From Lama glama (taxonomy: Eukaryota), in assembly GCA_028534125.1 (NCBI GenBank), contig CM052816.1:53198001-53262000 (forward strand): DNA of 64,000 nucleotides, read 5' to 3'. A program made the translations under genes and the position numbers. The number at the start of each line of letters is the position of its first letter. The stretch's first letter is position 1. The notes beneath the pieces are model-generated. The model did no database searches. It was not told the origin of the DNA and saw only the letters and a program-made list of their open reading frames with translations. Shown here piece by piece: positions 11,301-25,300 of this stretch.

Positions 11301-14300
11301 GAATTTAGAACTGGAAGGGACTTTAAAGACTTAAAAAACATAACCTTCTCATTTTATATGTTGGAACTGAGCCTGTGTGAGAGCCACAGAGCTCATTAGA
11401 GCCAGAGGAAGGGGATGAGAACCCAAGCGTCTTGAGTAGGATTCTTGTAAGTGGAAGAAGGTGTCGTTATTTCAGGAGATTTGTGGGTGCTGCCTCCAGG
11501 CCAGCGTTCATTCCTCTGTATAGTTACTAAGCAATGTTGGTAGGAAACTTAATTTTAGATGGGGTGATTTGGGGCTTCATATTTAAAGAAATGAATTATT
11601 GTGAGTCTGTCACGTGTAAATGAATGTCGAACAATTCCCTTCACACTGTTTTATAAAACAATCATAAGCCCCACAGCTTTTCCTTATTGGGACGTGTCCT
11701 TAACTGAACTCACAGAGACGCTTCATATTCTGTCACTCTGAGTGTCTCACTCGCACACTGAGGAAGCCAAACTTGAAATCTTGAATTCTCTGGCCCATAT
11801 TTAGAGATGATTCTCTTTCTAGTAGCTATTCTTTATCTGAGTCTTAAGACTAGGCATCTGGGTATCCATTTAATGGGAAGAATTAAATTTCGTCCCTTCC
11901 AGGCATTCTGCCCAACTTGCAAAGTGGAAATCCTTGCAACTTTTTCTTTCATTTGGCCTGATATGTCTTGTGTAGTCCCAGTAAATGTACACAAAGCAAA
12001 TCATGTTCAGGAAACAGAAACAGAATAAAAACACTTCATTATTAGCATCCTGGAGACAAACCGCATTGCATTGGTCCCGCTCTCCATCAATACATAGAGG
12101 AACAGAATGCAGATAGTGGCTCTATGAAAGTTTTATAGTAGGTGAAGTTTTACAAAATTGTGTACCTACTATGTGCCAGGCATCTCTTCCCCCTATTTGT
12201 TCTTTCATTCATGGAAATGCTTTATTCTCCTTCTAGTTTGTATCTCTCAATAAAGCTTACTCTTGGGAAAGGATTAGATGTTGCTTATTTCTATTTTAGT
12301 TTATGCATTTATTTACCCAGTAACTATTTCATGAGCAACTATGTATCAGACACTATGCTAGGTGTTTGGATACAATAGGGAGAAAAAATTAGACAAACCC
12401 ATGTCTTTATGGGTTAGACTAGTGAAGGGCACAGTATCATAACACAAATAAATGTGTGCTGACAACTTGAGGAGCCTGTAAAGATGAACAAAGTGCCAGG
12501 AGATGGGGGAAGATGACCTGGTCATAAAAGCCAAGGGAAGCTTCCCTGTAAAATGATGCTTAACAGAAATGGGAAGGGACTGGAGTTATCAAAGAGGGAA
12601 GAGTGATTTAAGTCAAGAAGATAGTATCTTTAAAGGCTCTGTAATAGTGAAGAGTCCAAGGGTAGAGCATGTATTACACTTTTTGCTTTTGCTGTACTAT
12701 GGTGAATAGGTTTGATGGGGTTAGAAGAGATATAGGTAGACTGGTTAGGAGGGTATTAAGATCAACAAAGAAAGTGGAGAAGATGAAGATGAGCAGACAG
12801 TTTTTCTTTTTGACAGACAACCTCTTACAATATTTTAAATTGGATATATTACTTTGCCGAATCCTCTCTAAACCAAACCAGATACTATCTCCATAGGACA
12901 TGAGAAATTTGAGCAACAAAGAGGTTATTTGCTCCAAGTCACAGAGCTAGTAAGCAGCAGAATCAGAATTTGAGTCCAAGTATTTTTGACCCCAAATGGC
13001 TGGCTTGGCTAATGATGCAGTGCCTTGAAGGGTTATGTTTTTATTTAGTGGAGGAGACTCTTTCAGTTCCTGGAGACCAAAACAAACAATCCATCATGTT
13101 CTGGCTGCACTGAAGTGTTCTCAGTGAAGGGCAGTAACTCCAGGAATATTTGCAGATCTCTCCTTTTATCTCTAAAGACAGCTGAGCCATGACACCCTGA
13201 ATTCTGTGGCTGCCTCATCTGCATACTGCCCAGAAACTCAGGGAAGTCTTTGCAGGCACGTTGAGGCTTGGGCCCCTGGGAAGGATGAAGAGAAGGACAT
13301 TCAGGCAGGCATGGAGTCCTTACACTAGGGCCAGGAGGCTCCTGAAAGATGTATCCCTACTCCTTGGTGGATGCCTTTTGGCATCATTATTATAGGTGGG
13401 GATCATTGGGTTGCATGGAACCCAATCCATGTGAGCCAGCTTCTGAACTGGGGGTGGGGCAGGGCATGGTTATTGGAGCAGTACAGAGTTGTTTAGGTGG
13501 AAAGTGAGGCCAGCCAGCTCATGGGAACCGATTCTGGGAGGCCACCAGAGAGTGAGGCAGCTTGTCTCTCTGTCTCCAGTTTCTCATCTCTCTTGGGCTG
13601 TGTGGTCTTTGCCTCTCTGAGCCTCCTGGGAACAGATCATTTTGACAGAATTGGGGGATGGCTTGGGTGTGGAGGTGAGGGGGAGGGAGGTATCATGGAT
13701 GACTTCTCAGGTTTGTTCCACTGGATGACTAAATCATTGAGAACGGAACCATGGAAGGAAACCAGGTTAGTAGTATTGGTGGGTATGGGGAATGGTGAGA
13801 GCACGAATTCATTAAGCTTGGGCACCTTTGGGACTCCCAAGAGGACAAAGTAAGTTGCCAGTTGTATAATCAGTTTTGAAGCCTGAGGAGACAGATGCTT
13901 GGGCTGGGGGTATAAATTTGTGAGTCATTTCTGTATGGATAGTAATGAAGAAATTGATTACAGATAATAGCACTTGCAAAGAGAATATTTTAGAGTGGAT
14001 TGAAATAAATGCTTTGCTTTCCTCTGGGGATGTGCCTTTTAAGCCTTGTCTAAGTACAAAATATATCACTTTGATTCCTCACCTAGATCTTTCTGGTTTT
14101 AGAGCAGGTAGGCAAGCTTATGAATTGGGCAGAAGTGTCCCTAAAATTATGCCCCATAGGTGGATCCTACTGGGCTTGTTGAAAAGTCAACCAAAAAGAC
14201 TTGGAAGATTTTTAAAAAATCTTTATGAAAAAATCAACATTTAGCTATCTTCTTGGGAACAGGTGCAGATGGAGAAGACAGGTAAAATGCAGACGTCTAT

Positions 14301-14589
14301 AGAGCAGATTAAATATTGCGTTGGCAAACAAATTGATTTATATGATCAAAGATGTCCTTTCAACCTAAGATAGTTTGAAGATGTTTTTGGTGTGAAGACT
14401 GAAATTAATCTGAAGCATCCCTACTGGGTTTTGGTGAATTGTTCTGTGTTGATGTGTTCACATCTGTAATACTAATAATGTTCAAGATTTTTAATGTTTT
14501 TCAGCCACTTTTATTTTTATTTCAATAATTGAATTCTTAACTTTTACCTATTATTATAGGACTTTACAAATTCAAATTAATAGATACTT

Positions 14590-15500
14590 TTTCAGAGTAG
14601 TTTTACATTTACAGAAAAATTGAGCAAAAAGTACAGACATCTCCCATATGTCACCTCTATCCACTCTCCTCTCTCAGTTTCCCCTATTATAATATAATAT
14701 CATTTTTTTGATGGGGGAAGGAAATTAGGTTTATTTATTTATTTTTGATTGAGGTACTGGGGATTTAACCCAGGACCTTGTGCATGCTAAGCAGGCACTC
14801 TACCACTGAGCTATAACCTTCCCATTCCCCTATTATTAATATCTTGCATTCATATGGTACATTTGTTATGATTGATGAGCCAGTGTTGGTACATTATTAT
14901 TGACTAAAGTCTATAGTATAATGTTGTACATTCTATGGGTTTTGGCAAATGTACGACATACATCCACCATTACAGTGGCATACAGAATAGTTTCACTGCC
15001 CTAAAAAATCCTCCGTGTTCATCTATTCATCCCTCCGTGCCCCATAACCCCTGGCAACCAGTGATCTCTTCATTGTCTGTATAGTTTGCCTTTTCCATGA
15101 TTTCACATAGCTGGAATCATACAGCATATAGTCTTTTCAGACTGGCTTCTCTGACTTAGCAACATGCATTTAAGTTTCCTCCATGTCTTTTCGTGGCTTG
15201 AGAGCTCACTTCTTTTTATGATTGAATAATACTGAATCATATAAATGTGTTCTGCTTTGTTTATTTATTCACGCACTGAAGAGCATCTTAGTTATTTCCA
15301 AGTTTTGGCAATTATGAATAAACGTTCATGTATAGGTTTTTGTGTGGGCATAATTTCAACTAATCTGGGAAATACCAAGGAGTGTGACTGCTGGATCATA
15401 TGGTTAAGAGCAAGTTTAGTTTTATAAGAAACTGCTAAACGCTCTTCCAAAGCGGCTGTACCATTTTGCATTCCCATCAGCAATGAATGAGAATTGTAAC
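14590..15500 (-). mobile_element. L1 3' fragment (L1M-type), interrupted by a SINE
   Basis: Typical L1 3'UTR text (cccctggcaaccagtgatct, ctggcttctctgacttagc, cattcccatcagcaatg). Confidence 0.85.
14703..14823 (-). mobile_element. Vic-1-like SINE inserted in L1, TSD ttcccctattat
   Basis: SINE consensus and TSD. Confidence 0.85.
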
Positions 15501-16794
15501 TTATAGTGCTTTAAAAATCTGTTAACAGCAACAACAGTTAAAAAAAAAACTATGCATAAGCTGTCTATCAAGAAGAACCATTTGTTTGCTGTATATGGAG
15601 CAGAACTCTCCTCCACCACTCCTCCAATTATTGACTGTATTTTAATTGTCTTTTCTTAGTGGGTGGAGTTTCTCTTGACTGTGAAGGGTCTGCCTGTGGA
15701 CAGATTCCTCCAGAATTCTATTTTTTATGTTGGATACTTTGAATTCCTGATTGTAACAGTGATTAGGAATTATTTTCTAAGTTTAAATAAATTCATATAC
15801 TGCACTCAACACCACCACGTAGGACACAACGTCGCATTCTGCTGCATTTGTTACACAACAGTAAAATCTTTCACCAGGCAATTTTGCATGTAGACATAAT
15901 TAACTTCAGTGTGTAAAGCTACCACAAAAAGTTTGAGTGTGCTCAGCTGAGTTATTTTTAGATGCATGCAAAATATTTTGTTAATGTAATTTTCTGATGA
16001 CTTATCTAAACATTTGAAAGAAAGACAATGGGCCCTTTAGCATTGTCAGTGCTGAGCTCACCCAGCCCCTTCGCGCACCTGTACCCAGGAACTCCTAGGA
16101 TTGTACCACAGAAATGAATTCCTTTAATCATAGACTCATGAGCCACAGAATCTCTCAGTCAGTCATAAGCCTGACCCACTTAAGTTCATAGCCAACATAG
16201 GATGTTTCCTCTAATCTTCCAGAATTCCAGAATATTCTATTATAGCAAAACAGAAATGTTTACAAGTTTTTCCTTTTCAATACATTCTTCCTTAGGCCAA
16301 ACCAAAATTCTTTACCTGCAGTTAGAAAATCATTTCTTTGTGTTGTTTTGTTTCAAAAACATCCATGAACATTTCTCCTGAAAGTTCTAAGAGAGTAGAT
16401 TTTAAACATTCTCACCACCACAACAACAAAAAAGTAGTTAAGTAAGGTGCAGGGTGGATTAACCTAACCTTACTGTGGTAAACATTTTGCAATACATACA
16501 TAAATCAAATCATTACAGTGTACACCTTAAACTTATAAAATGGAGAGCGTCAATTATATCGCAATAAAACTGGGAAAATGAAAATGCCTTACATACATAA
16601 AGACAGCGCCCCCTTTTCCCCTGGCTTTTGTGTCATTATTCTTAAATATGCCTTTCTTTTTATTTCTGGCTTTCTCTCTTATTCTTGACACTACATATTT
16701 ATTATCTTTTTAGATAATTCAATTAACATTTTCCAGGGCACATACTATGTGCAAAGTATTAGGTTAAGTTCTAGGAATCCCTTTACATCAAGGA

Positions 16795-16997
16795 CAGGAG
16801 TTGGCAGACTCTTTTTCAGGTCCTGGAAAGGACCAGACAGCAAATATCTTAGGTTTTGAGGGGAGCTATCCAGTTTTCATCACATTACTCAACTCTGGTG
16901 ATGTCGTGCCCAAGCAGCCGCAGGAAGCAGTAAAAGAATGAGTATGGCTGTGTGCCAACACAACTTTTTTTTACAAAAACAGGTGCTGGACCCCTGA
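16795..16997. mobile_element. MER58-like hAT-Charlie MITE
   Basis: caggagttggcagact ... tgctggacccctg termini and internal ggctgtgtgccaa. Confidence 0.7.
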
Positions 16998-17659
16998 TCA
17001 AGGGGATCACTGATCCTGCTAAAATAAATGCAAATACAATATAGAGAGTGCCCTACATCAGCAGTATAAGCACAGTAAGTGTACTCTAAAGGCAGTCTGA
17101 ACAACTTGCGGTTGGAATACAGCAGAGGGAATAATTCATTTCTACCTGACTTGGCTGAACAGGTTTTCATTTAGAAGGTGACTTTTAGAATTTAAAGGAT
17201 GCCAGGAGGGAAAAAGGGTTTCAGAAAGAGAATTCCAACTAGTGTGAACAAAGAATGTGAGCATGAAAGAACATGTCATATTTGGGAAATTTCAAGTTCT
17301 CCTTTTGTGGCTAAAACATTGTATTTATAGGAAGATGTGAGGAAAAGGTATGCTGGAGGCTGGCTGTCAAAGGCCCTGAGGCTTCCCTTTGGGAACTGGA
17401 TTTTAGCTGTGGGCCAACTGAGACACATTCAACTCTGTTTTAAAATGAATTCTGGAGGTCTACACTGTGTGCTGGATGTTGTTTTGGAGCAGGAGAGAGC
17501 AGAGGCAGAGAAACAAGTTATAAATCTATTTCTTTTGTCCAGGTGAGAGAAAAAGACTTGAACTGGGGGAGTGGCTTTGGTGGAGAAGAAGGACTTTCGG
17601 AGGTTGAATTGACAGGTCATAAAGACAATGATTGTTTCCAGAATTGTCAGATGGTCAAC

Positions 17660-18146
17660 AGGTTGTGCCAGCTGTTTAGTACTCAGATTTGCTCTCAGAC
17701 CCCTTCCCTGCCCTTTCTTTGTCTGGGATCGCAGGAAGCTGATCCCCTCAAACTACAGCTCCTGGCTCCCTTGCCTACTGGCTTCTGGATGGGCAGAGCC
17801 ACATGGGAGCAAGCAGGCAGAGAGAAACCAGAGTATTTCTCCCCTCTCCCCCTGTCCCTGTGGCATCAGCAGCAGTGACTGAGTCTCCTTTGTACATCTA
17901 GCTCCTTCTGTGGTCCAAGGTTCCAACTCCCACTTGGTGGCCCTGGCTCTTGGGCTCCCTAACATCGCCTCTTCTGTGCTTTCACCCGAGGGGTGATGGA
18001 AGCTTCTTGTTGTTCTCTGCTCTCTCTGGGTTGCCTCACCTTCCTTTGTTTTCTCTTTCAGCTTTTCTGACTTCTTTGTAACCAGTTCTCTCAGTTGAAC
18101 TCCCTAGTGTAGGTTCTGTTCTTCTGGCCGGATCGTGACTGATAGA
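17660..18146 (+). mobile_element. ERVL-type solo LTR (LTR33-like)
   Basis: Ends ...ggttctgttcttctggccggatcgtgactgataga, resembling LTR33 3' ends. Confidence 0.55.
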
Positions 18147-19081
18147 GGTGTAATGATTAAAACAGTTGGGCAGTGCAGGAAAGTAAAGTAGGGAAGAAAG
18201 ATAATTCAATTTTCAATCTGTTTTGTAGTCTGAAACAAGGTGCCTACTGTACCTATAATGGTCTTCATTCCTGCTCCCACTAGACCATTCATCACAAAGC
18301 TAGTTAGAACAGTTTTTAAAAAACCTAAGCATATCATATCCTTCCCTACTTAAAACCTTCCAATGGCTTTCTGTTGTACCTAGAATAAAAGCTGAACTCC
18401 TTAGATAAGCCTCTACCTGCACCTGCTCGTCTTTCCCTCCTCACTTACCCTGTCCAGCCACACTGATCCTCTTGCTGTTCCGCAAAATTGCCAAGTTAAT
18501 TTATGCCTCAGGGCCTTTGCACTTGTGCTCCTACTACTGGAAATGCTGTTTCTTCAGCTCTCCATGCAGGTCTCTGTTACTGTGTCATCTCTTTAGAGAT
18601 ACCACCAACACTTACCTCCTTATCCTGGTTTGTGTTCTCTGTCACATGTATGAAATTATATCATTTATCTCTTTCTATTTCCTTAAAGCTTGAGGGCACA
18701 TTTTTTGCCTCGTTCACCTTCCTATTCTTAGCACTTGGCCTCTATTAAGAACAGCATAAATATTTGCTGATGAATACATGAATAATTATTTCACCTTTAC
18801 AAAGTGTTGTATAGCAGAAGTGCTTTATATTTTTTTATTACTTTACTTATTTATTTTTATTATTTTACTTTCATGCTGTCTCATCTCAACATGCTGTCTA
18901 CTAACCCATCTTCACTATTCTGCTCTCAAAACAGTTGGAATCCTTTCCTCTATGAAACTTTCTCTCCCTACTCCACACAGGGACTTGACTTCTCCCTCCT
19001 TTGGGGTCCTTTGTACCCTAGCAAGAATGACATTTTATTGCAGATGTTTAACATTTTCCTCCTTTTCCTAGATAGTAACCT

Positions 19082-19210
19082 CTTTTTTGGGAGGGGAGAG
19101 GTAATTAGACTTATTTATTCATTTATTTAAATGAAGGCACTAGGGATTGAACCCAGGACCTTGTGCATGCTAAGCACGTGCTCTACCACTGTAGCTATAC
19201 CCTCTCCCGC
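19082..19210 (-). mobile_element. Vic-1-like SINE, TSD atagtaacctctt
   Basis: SINE consensus and TSD. Confidence 0.85.
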
Positions 19211-20959
19211 CAATAGTAACCTCTTAAAGGGCAGTAGGGATCATGGATTTTTACCTCTATAGCTTCAGTCTGTAGAATAGTGCCCAACACATTGTTACAT
19301 TTAGTAAATATTTGTTGAATGAATAATGGATGAAATAGCAGATACAGGAAATTTTCCAGCTTCACATTTCTATTTGTTTCCATACACGATGGATTGCTGG
19401 GAAGGAAAATGGTTCCCTACCTGTAAAATGGGGTTGATAGTACCAAACTCACACTGTTTGTGGACAAGATTGGGGTAGTGGAATAAAAACGCTTAGCAAA
19501 TTGCAAGAATAATTTGAGGAAAACTTGCCATTCCTGTATTATGGGGGAAGGGCTTTTCCCACTGACAAGGATGCATCCTGATGTGAATATCAGTTTTATC
19601 CAAGACTTGTCTATAAAAAATCTTAAACTTTCTCAAATTTTCATGATGATTTGGAAAGAAGGTGTTCTGATGGAGGGATGGTTAAGGTAGACTTCACAGA
19701 AAAAGAGGAAGATGTCCTTAGGAGTATGTGCTTGGCTTTTTCAGAGGTTTGGTTAATCCTGAGAGGAAGGCCTTATAGTATGTTTTCTAGGGACGAGGGT
19801 TTACTGCCCATAGGTAAGAAATACATGCTCAGAGAGGCCCTAACCCCTCATGTACAGTCCCCAGCCCAACACCAGGAAGGATGATTGTCACTGAGCCCTG
19901 GAGTGTTGGGTCTCAGTAGCCACCCTCTTGCTCTGGTGCCTTTAACTCCTCAGCTCCTGTTAGCTGTAACACAGAGAAACAAAGGGAGGGGTGAAGACGT
20001 ATTTACTACTCTTTCTGCCAGCATCTTTATCCTTTGCCTCTCTGCTGTGCCATTTGGAAGCTGAGAGGCTGTTTTGTCTCCAGCCCTATTTTGCACTGAG
20101 TATCACTAAATGCCTAATTTACTATTAAGTGAAGATCAGAGGGAAGAAACAGATTTTAAAACATTTAAAAGTATTGAAGTGCCAAAGTGCTTTTTCTGAG
20201 GATAAAACTAATGACAGAATGTTGGTTTTCATCTAAGAGTTCCTTGAAGATAAAAGTAATCCATTAGAACACAGCTTGATTGACCCGGGTAGATTGTGGG
20301 GAGCATGGTGGATGGGGACATTGGGTTGAACTGGCAGCCTTTATGTAAAATTGATTGTGGCCTCTGATTTTAAAATGAAGCCACAGTGTGGTGAGACACC
20401 TCCACCTTTGTGTCATCCATATTCTATTTCCATGAAGGGGATCTTAACCATAATTTCAGTTTTAGTTAAAACACTTAAAAAATCCCAGTTCTATTAAAAC
20501 AATTATGGATATTTTTGCTAATGTAGAGAGGCAAGTTGTAAAAGAAACCCAAGGTCTTAAAAAAATTAAAAAGAATTAATTATCTGCTTCCACCAACTCT
20601 CTGCCTTTTAAAAATTAAGTATTTTAAGAAAATATGTGTGAGTGGCTGGCAGATAAGCATTAGTTGCTCTTCTCTGAGCTCCCATATTTTTGTGTTCCTT
20701 CCTTTTTTTTAAAAAAAATAGCATATTGCATTTAATTGTATGTTTCCACATCTATCTCCCTCATTAGACTTGAGCTCATCTGGGGCAGGATCAAGTCTCA
20801 CCCATCTTTGATTCATCAGTGCCTATGATATGAGGGTGCCTAGTGCAGAGCTGTTTTTCAAAAACTATTGAATGAATGGAACATCATTTTAAGCTCTAGG
20901 CATCTGTTTGGCTCTCGGCCTAATTAGATAATATTTAATTCATCACAAGCACTAGCTCT

Positions 20960-21700
20960 TAATCAGATGAAAAGATTCTCAAGCTCACTTTTAATAAAAG
21001 AAGTACAAATTAAAACCGTACTGAGACACCACTTTTTCATGTCTCATATCCCTGTGTATGTTGTACATACAGGATCAGCACTTTGTTAGTTGTATACACT
21101 AACATTCTAGGGAAGGCATTTTGGCAATGCCTATCAAAATTCCAAATGAACATACTCTTCTGGGAGGAGGTAATTAGATTTATTTAATAAATTAAATTTT
21201 TAAAAGAGGTACTGGGGATTGAACCCAGGACTTCGTGCATGCTAAGCAGGCACTCTACCACAGGACTATACCCTCCCCCTCCAAATGAACATTGTCTTTA
21301 ACCCAGGAATTCCACTTCTAGGAATTTGTCTGACAGATACTCTTCTACAGGTGGCAATGATGTATAGGTCGAAACACTTATTGTGTATTGTTTGCACTAG
21401 CAAAAGCCTTGAAATGATCTAAATGTCCACCAATAGGGAATTAGTTAAACAAATAATAGTACATGCATGCAATAGGCAGTCTAGTCCAGAGAAGAAAAAG
21501 AATGAGGCAGCTCTGTATCTCCTGATAGGGGATGATTGCTAAGCTGTGTTAAGTTAGAAAAACAAGATTTAAGGATGCAGCGTGCTACCATGAATTATTT
21601 AAGTGATGATAAGAGAATTTGCGTGCACATGCGTGGTTATTCCTGAATGGACTTATAAAACCCTAGTGAATATTGGCCATCTCTGGTTCAGGGAGCTGGG
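20960..21700 (+). mobile_element. Old L1 (L1ME-like) fragment containing a Vic-1-like SINE at 21157-21279 (minus strand, TSD tccaaatgaacat)
   Basis: L1 ORF2/3' text (aattccacttctaggaat, aaatgtccaccaataggg) plus SINE consensus. Confidence 0.75.
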
Positions 21701-22159
21701 TGGATTGGTAACAGTGAGTTATGGTTTGTGTCCCTGGCCACACAAAAAGTCTTCTGTGACTCACTTACCCTTTAACTCTTTACCATGTTCCCATTGTTGT
21801 TAGGATTAAGTCCCAAATTCTTCTCATGACCTGCAAGGTGCTTTGTCACAGGACCCTTCCCTCCTTCCCCTGCCTCATCTGCAGCCCCTCTCCCTCTTGG
21901 CTTGGTCTTTCTGTTCCTCAAACACTATTCTCCTTCCCATCTCATGGCCTTTGCTGATGCTGTCCCTCTGCCTGGAACACTCCTCCCCTCCACCCTCACC
22001 TGCCTAATTCCTAGCGCTCCTTGAGGAATCAACTTCGAGGTTACTTCATCAGAGTGACCTGTGCTACCTCACCAGCCTAGGGTAGTCCCCTACAGATGCT
22101 CCCATGGCATCACAAACTCCTCTTTCAGTAGTAAGCAGTAGAGATGCAGTTAAATTAAC

Positions 22160-22345
22160 TACTGTATATAAAAATAGATAAAAAACAAATTTCTTCTGTA
22201 TAGCACAGGGAACTATATTCAATATCTTTAATAACCTATAATGAAAAAGAATATGAAAACAAGTATATGTATACGTATGACTGAAGCATTACGCTATGTA
22301 CCAGAAATTGACATATTGTACCTGACTATATACATCAATAAAAAA
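22160..22345 (+). mobile_element. Young L1 3' end
   Basis: ctgtatagcacagggaactatattcaatatctt...aataaaaaa; near-identical to the copy at 56240-56420. Confidence 0.8.
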
Positions 22346-25300
22346 TCTTATTTGCTTGATGTCTGTTTTCTTTTCTAAGCAGCAAGCTGACATCTGTCCC
22401 GGTTACCTCTGTACACGTGTCCAGCACAAAGCCAGTGCTCATAGACTGTTGTGGAAGGAAGAAAAGAAGGATGGAAGGAATGAAGGTGGGAGGGAGGGAG
22501 GGAGGAAGTGAGGAAGGTCAGTCATGAAGGAGAGATGAAGGAAGAAAGGAACAACCAAGACATTAAAGCCCATTGTAAAGCATTATCCCTATGTGTATTC
22601 TTCATTAGTAGTTTGTGAGCCTAGTATTCTCATATTTACCTGAAAATTACATTGTTAACTCTCTGGCCTTAGAATTCGTATTTCATAAAAATTGGATATT
22701 TTGGTTTATTGTTTAATGAAAAAAAATTATCACCACTGATGAATTTTACTTTAGCTCAGAAATCATGTTATTCTGAAGATTTCTTGTTTTACCACAGAGG
22801 GGCAGTAGCTTTTCACATGGAAGGTAATGATGCCTGTCTTTTATGGGTGAGAAGATGTTTTAAGATACACATGTTAGGCCTTTAGGCTCTTTAAAAAAAT
22901 CCACATATTTTTACATTGATGCTACTGTGTTTAAATATGAAACAGATGATCATCTGGTTTGTTTAGAATGAATCAAGATTGTTCCCCAGCCTCCAAGGTT
23001 CTGAATGAGGTGGCTGCTGTCCCCTCCCTGCCCAGGCACACTAGTTTTCTCAAGGCAACATCGTCTCCTTTCCAGGCCTTGTCACTTGTTATTTCTTCCT
23101 GGAATGCTGTCCTCATCCAGGTTTCTGCTCCAATGTCAGTCACTTAGAAAGGGCTTTGCAGATCCTTCCATCTGAAGTAGCTCTCTACCCAGGAACCAGA
23201 CAGGTTTTGTGAGATTTGAATTTGAGATAGAGAACACAAAATTATAGATATAAAAATTCACATAAAGTGAACACTTAGAAAAAAATTAAAACAAAGGACA
23301 AAACAAAAAAGCGGACACATGTCCCAACCATCAGAAAAGCTAGAAAAAGAATGCATATTTTTATTAATTAGCTGCCTGACATGATACTTTTTTATCCTAC
23401 AATTTTGGCTACATACTCTTTGGTCACTTCCTCATATGACGATGATGTGATATTATTTTCTAGACAGTGAATAGAAATATAATTTTATAGTAGTAAAAAA
23501 TTATACTACTACAATAGAGTAATATCGGTATAGCATATTGAATTGAAGCGTGTTTTTACGATGGGTAGTAAATTTCCTTTGGTTTCCCTACTCATTGGTA
23601 ATGTCATGTAAATTTTTAGGATTGTTACCAAAATTTGATAAATCTCTATTAGGTTTTTTCTTATATGGTCACTAAGACTTTAGGGCATTTCAAGTATTTC
23701 GTTTTTGTGCTGGAGAGTGTGTGGTGTGTGCATGTGTGTGGCGTGTGCATGCTCACGCGCGCCTTCACACTAGTCTAGAGCCACGGCCCCTGCAGAGGGC
23801 TCTTGGATAGACGGCGCCTACGCAGATGAAAAGCTCTGCTACAAGTTTCTTTAGCGTCAGGGTTATTGTCTCCAAATTCCAGTCCCCAGTTACTTATTAC
23901 CACTCCCCTTGGTTTTCATTTTCTTCGGCGTTAACCACAACCGTTGCGCGCTTGCCTTTTTACAGATGGTGTTCTCCCCCTGCCCTGTGAACGGGCGGGG
24001 AACGGGCGGGGAACAGGGTCCCTGCCTGTTCCGCTCGGGCTGTGCTCCCAGAGCCTCGCACAGGCTTGGCTTAGGAGAGGGGCTCAGTAATTTCTTGAAT
24101 GAATGAGTAAGTGAATGTTAAATGGGCTTTAATATCAATCTCTCGAATTTGTTATTGGAATTTATGAATGTTGATTTGTCAGAAGAGCTATTTTAATTTC
24201 GCTTGACGGCATAGACATTGTTACCAGCACTAATTGTGTGAATAAGATCCTTTTTGAAATGGCAGCTTTTACTTGATATCACAATGTGCTCATTTCTTTA
24301 ACTAGAAAGTTTGAAATAGTAAAGCCACAGATTCTTTAGGGTTTGTATGGGCCTCAGATCCTTGATATAGCAGCTTCCAAACTTCCTACTGCGTTAGCCT
24401 CCCAAATAATTTTGAAACAAGAGGGTTGACACCCTCATACATTTTCAAGTTACTAATTAAAAAAAATTGTAAGTTTAAATATTTGCAAAGCATGTCGTTA
24501 CTAACTTAGTGTAAACTGACACTTTAAAAAGTCAGTTGTATTAATTGCAGGCAAAATACCCAATTTGATTCCTGACTTTATCCCTTTTAAAAATACATGA
24601 ATGAACTCTTTTTTAACAGTGGAAAATATTATAGTGTTCATTTTTCTCCCTTGAATCTGTATTTTCATACTTCTCATCCTCCACCTTTCAATGTCTTTGT
24701 TTTTTTTGTCTGAAAATCTTCTGTGGGTAGATCCACCAAACTTTTCTACCACAAAAATTTGTATATACATTTAAATTTACATTTGGAAAGTTTTTTTTAT
24801 AACAAGCTCAAAATGTTTAACATTTCTTCTAGATGGAGTTCTTATAATTATTATTATACAGATTATTAAAAATATGATAAATTTTGATATGTAACTGAAA
24901 AGTAAAATGTTATTAGAAATACATTTCTTAATTAGATGGGTTGAACTGTTTTTTCAATTAGTTTATGTATGCATGTTTAAATATCATTTATTGCTAGGAC
25001 AAGGCAGAGTTTAGCATCACTTCTCTGCCTACTTACTGTAAGTTCTGAGAAACCTTATTCAAATAAATAAGCAGATGAGAGAGAAGAATATTTTGTTATA
25101 GCACTATTACTCAGTTCTCACAACTCCTTCCAGGTTTTACATCAGAAATTTTATAATGATATATCACCAAGAATTATTATTAATGCACTATTAGCTAAAA
25201 TGTCCTAATTCAGCTATATTGATAGCAAAGAATTAGGAACTACCTGACTTGTAAAAAGATTAATCAGTCATTAAAGTAATTTACCTTCTCAATACCAGTA

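Noticed and set aside
19845..19963. Possible duplicated BHMT exon 7 fragment
   Set aside because: The resemblance did not hold on translation; it fits the Sfi1-like fossil better.
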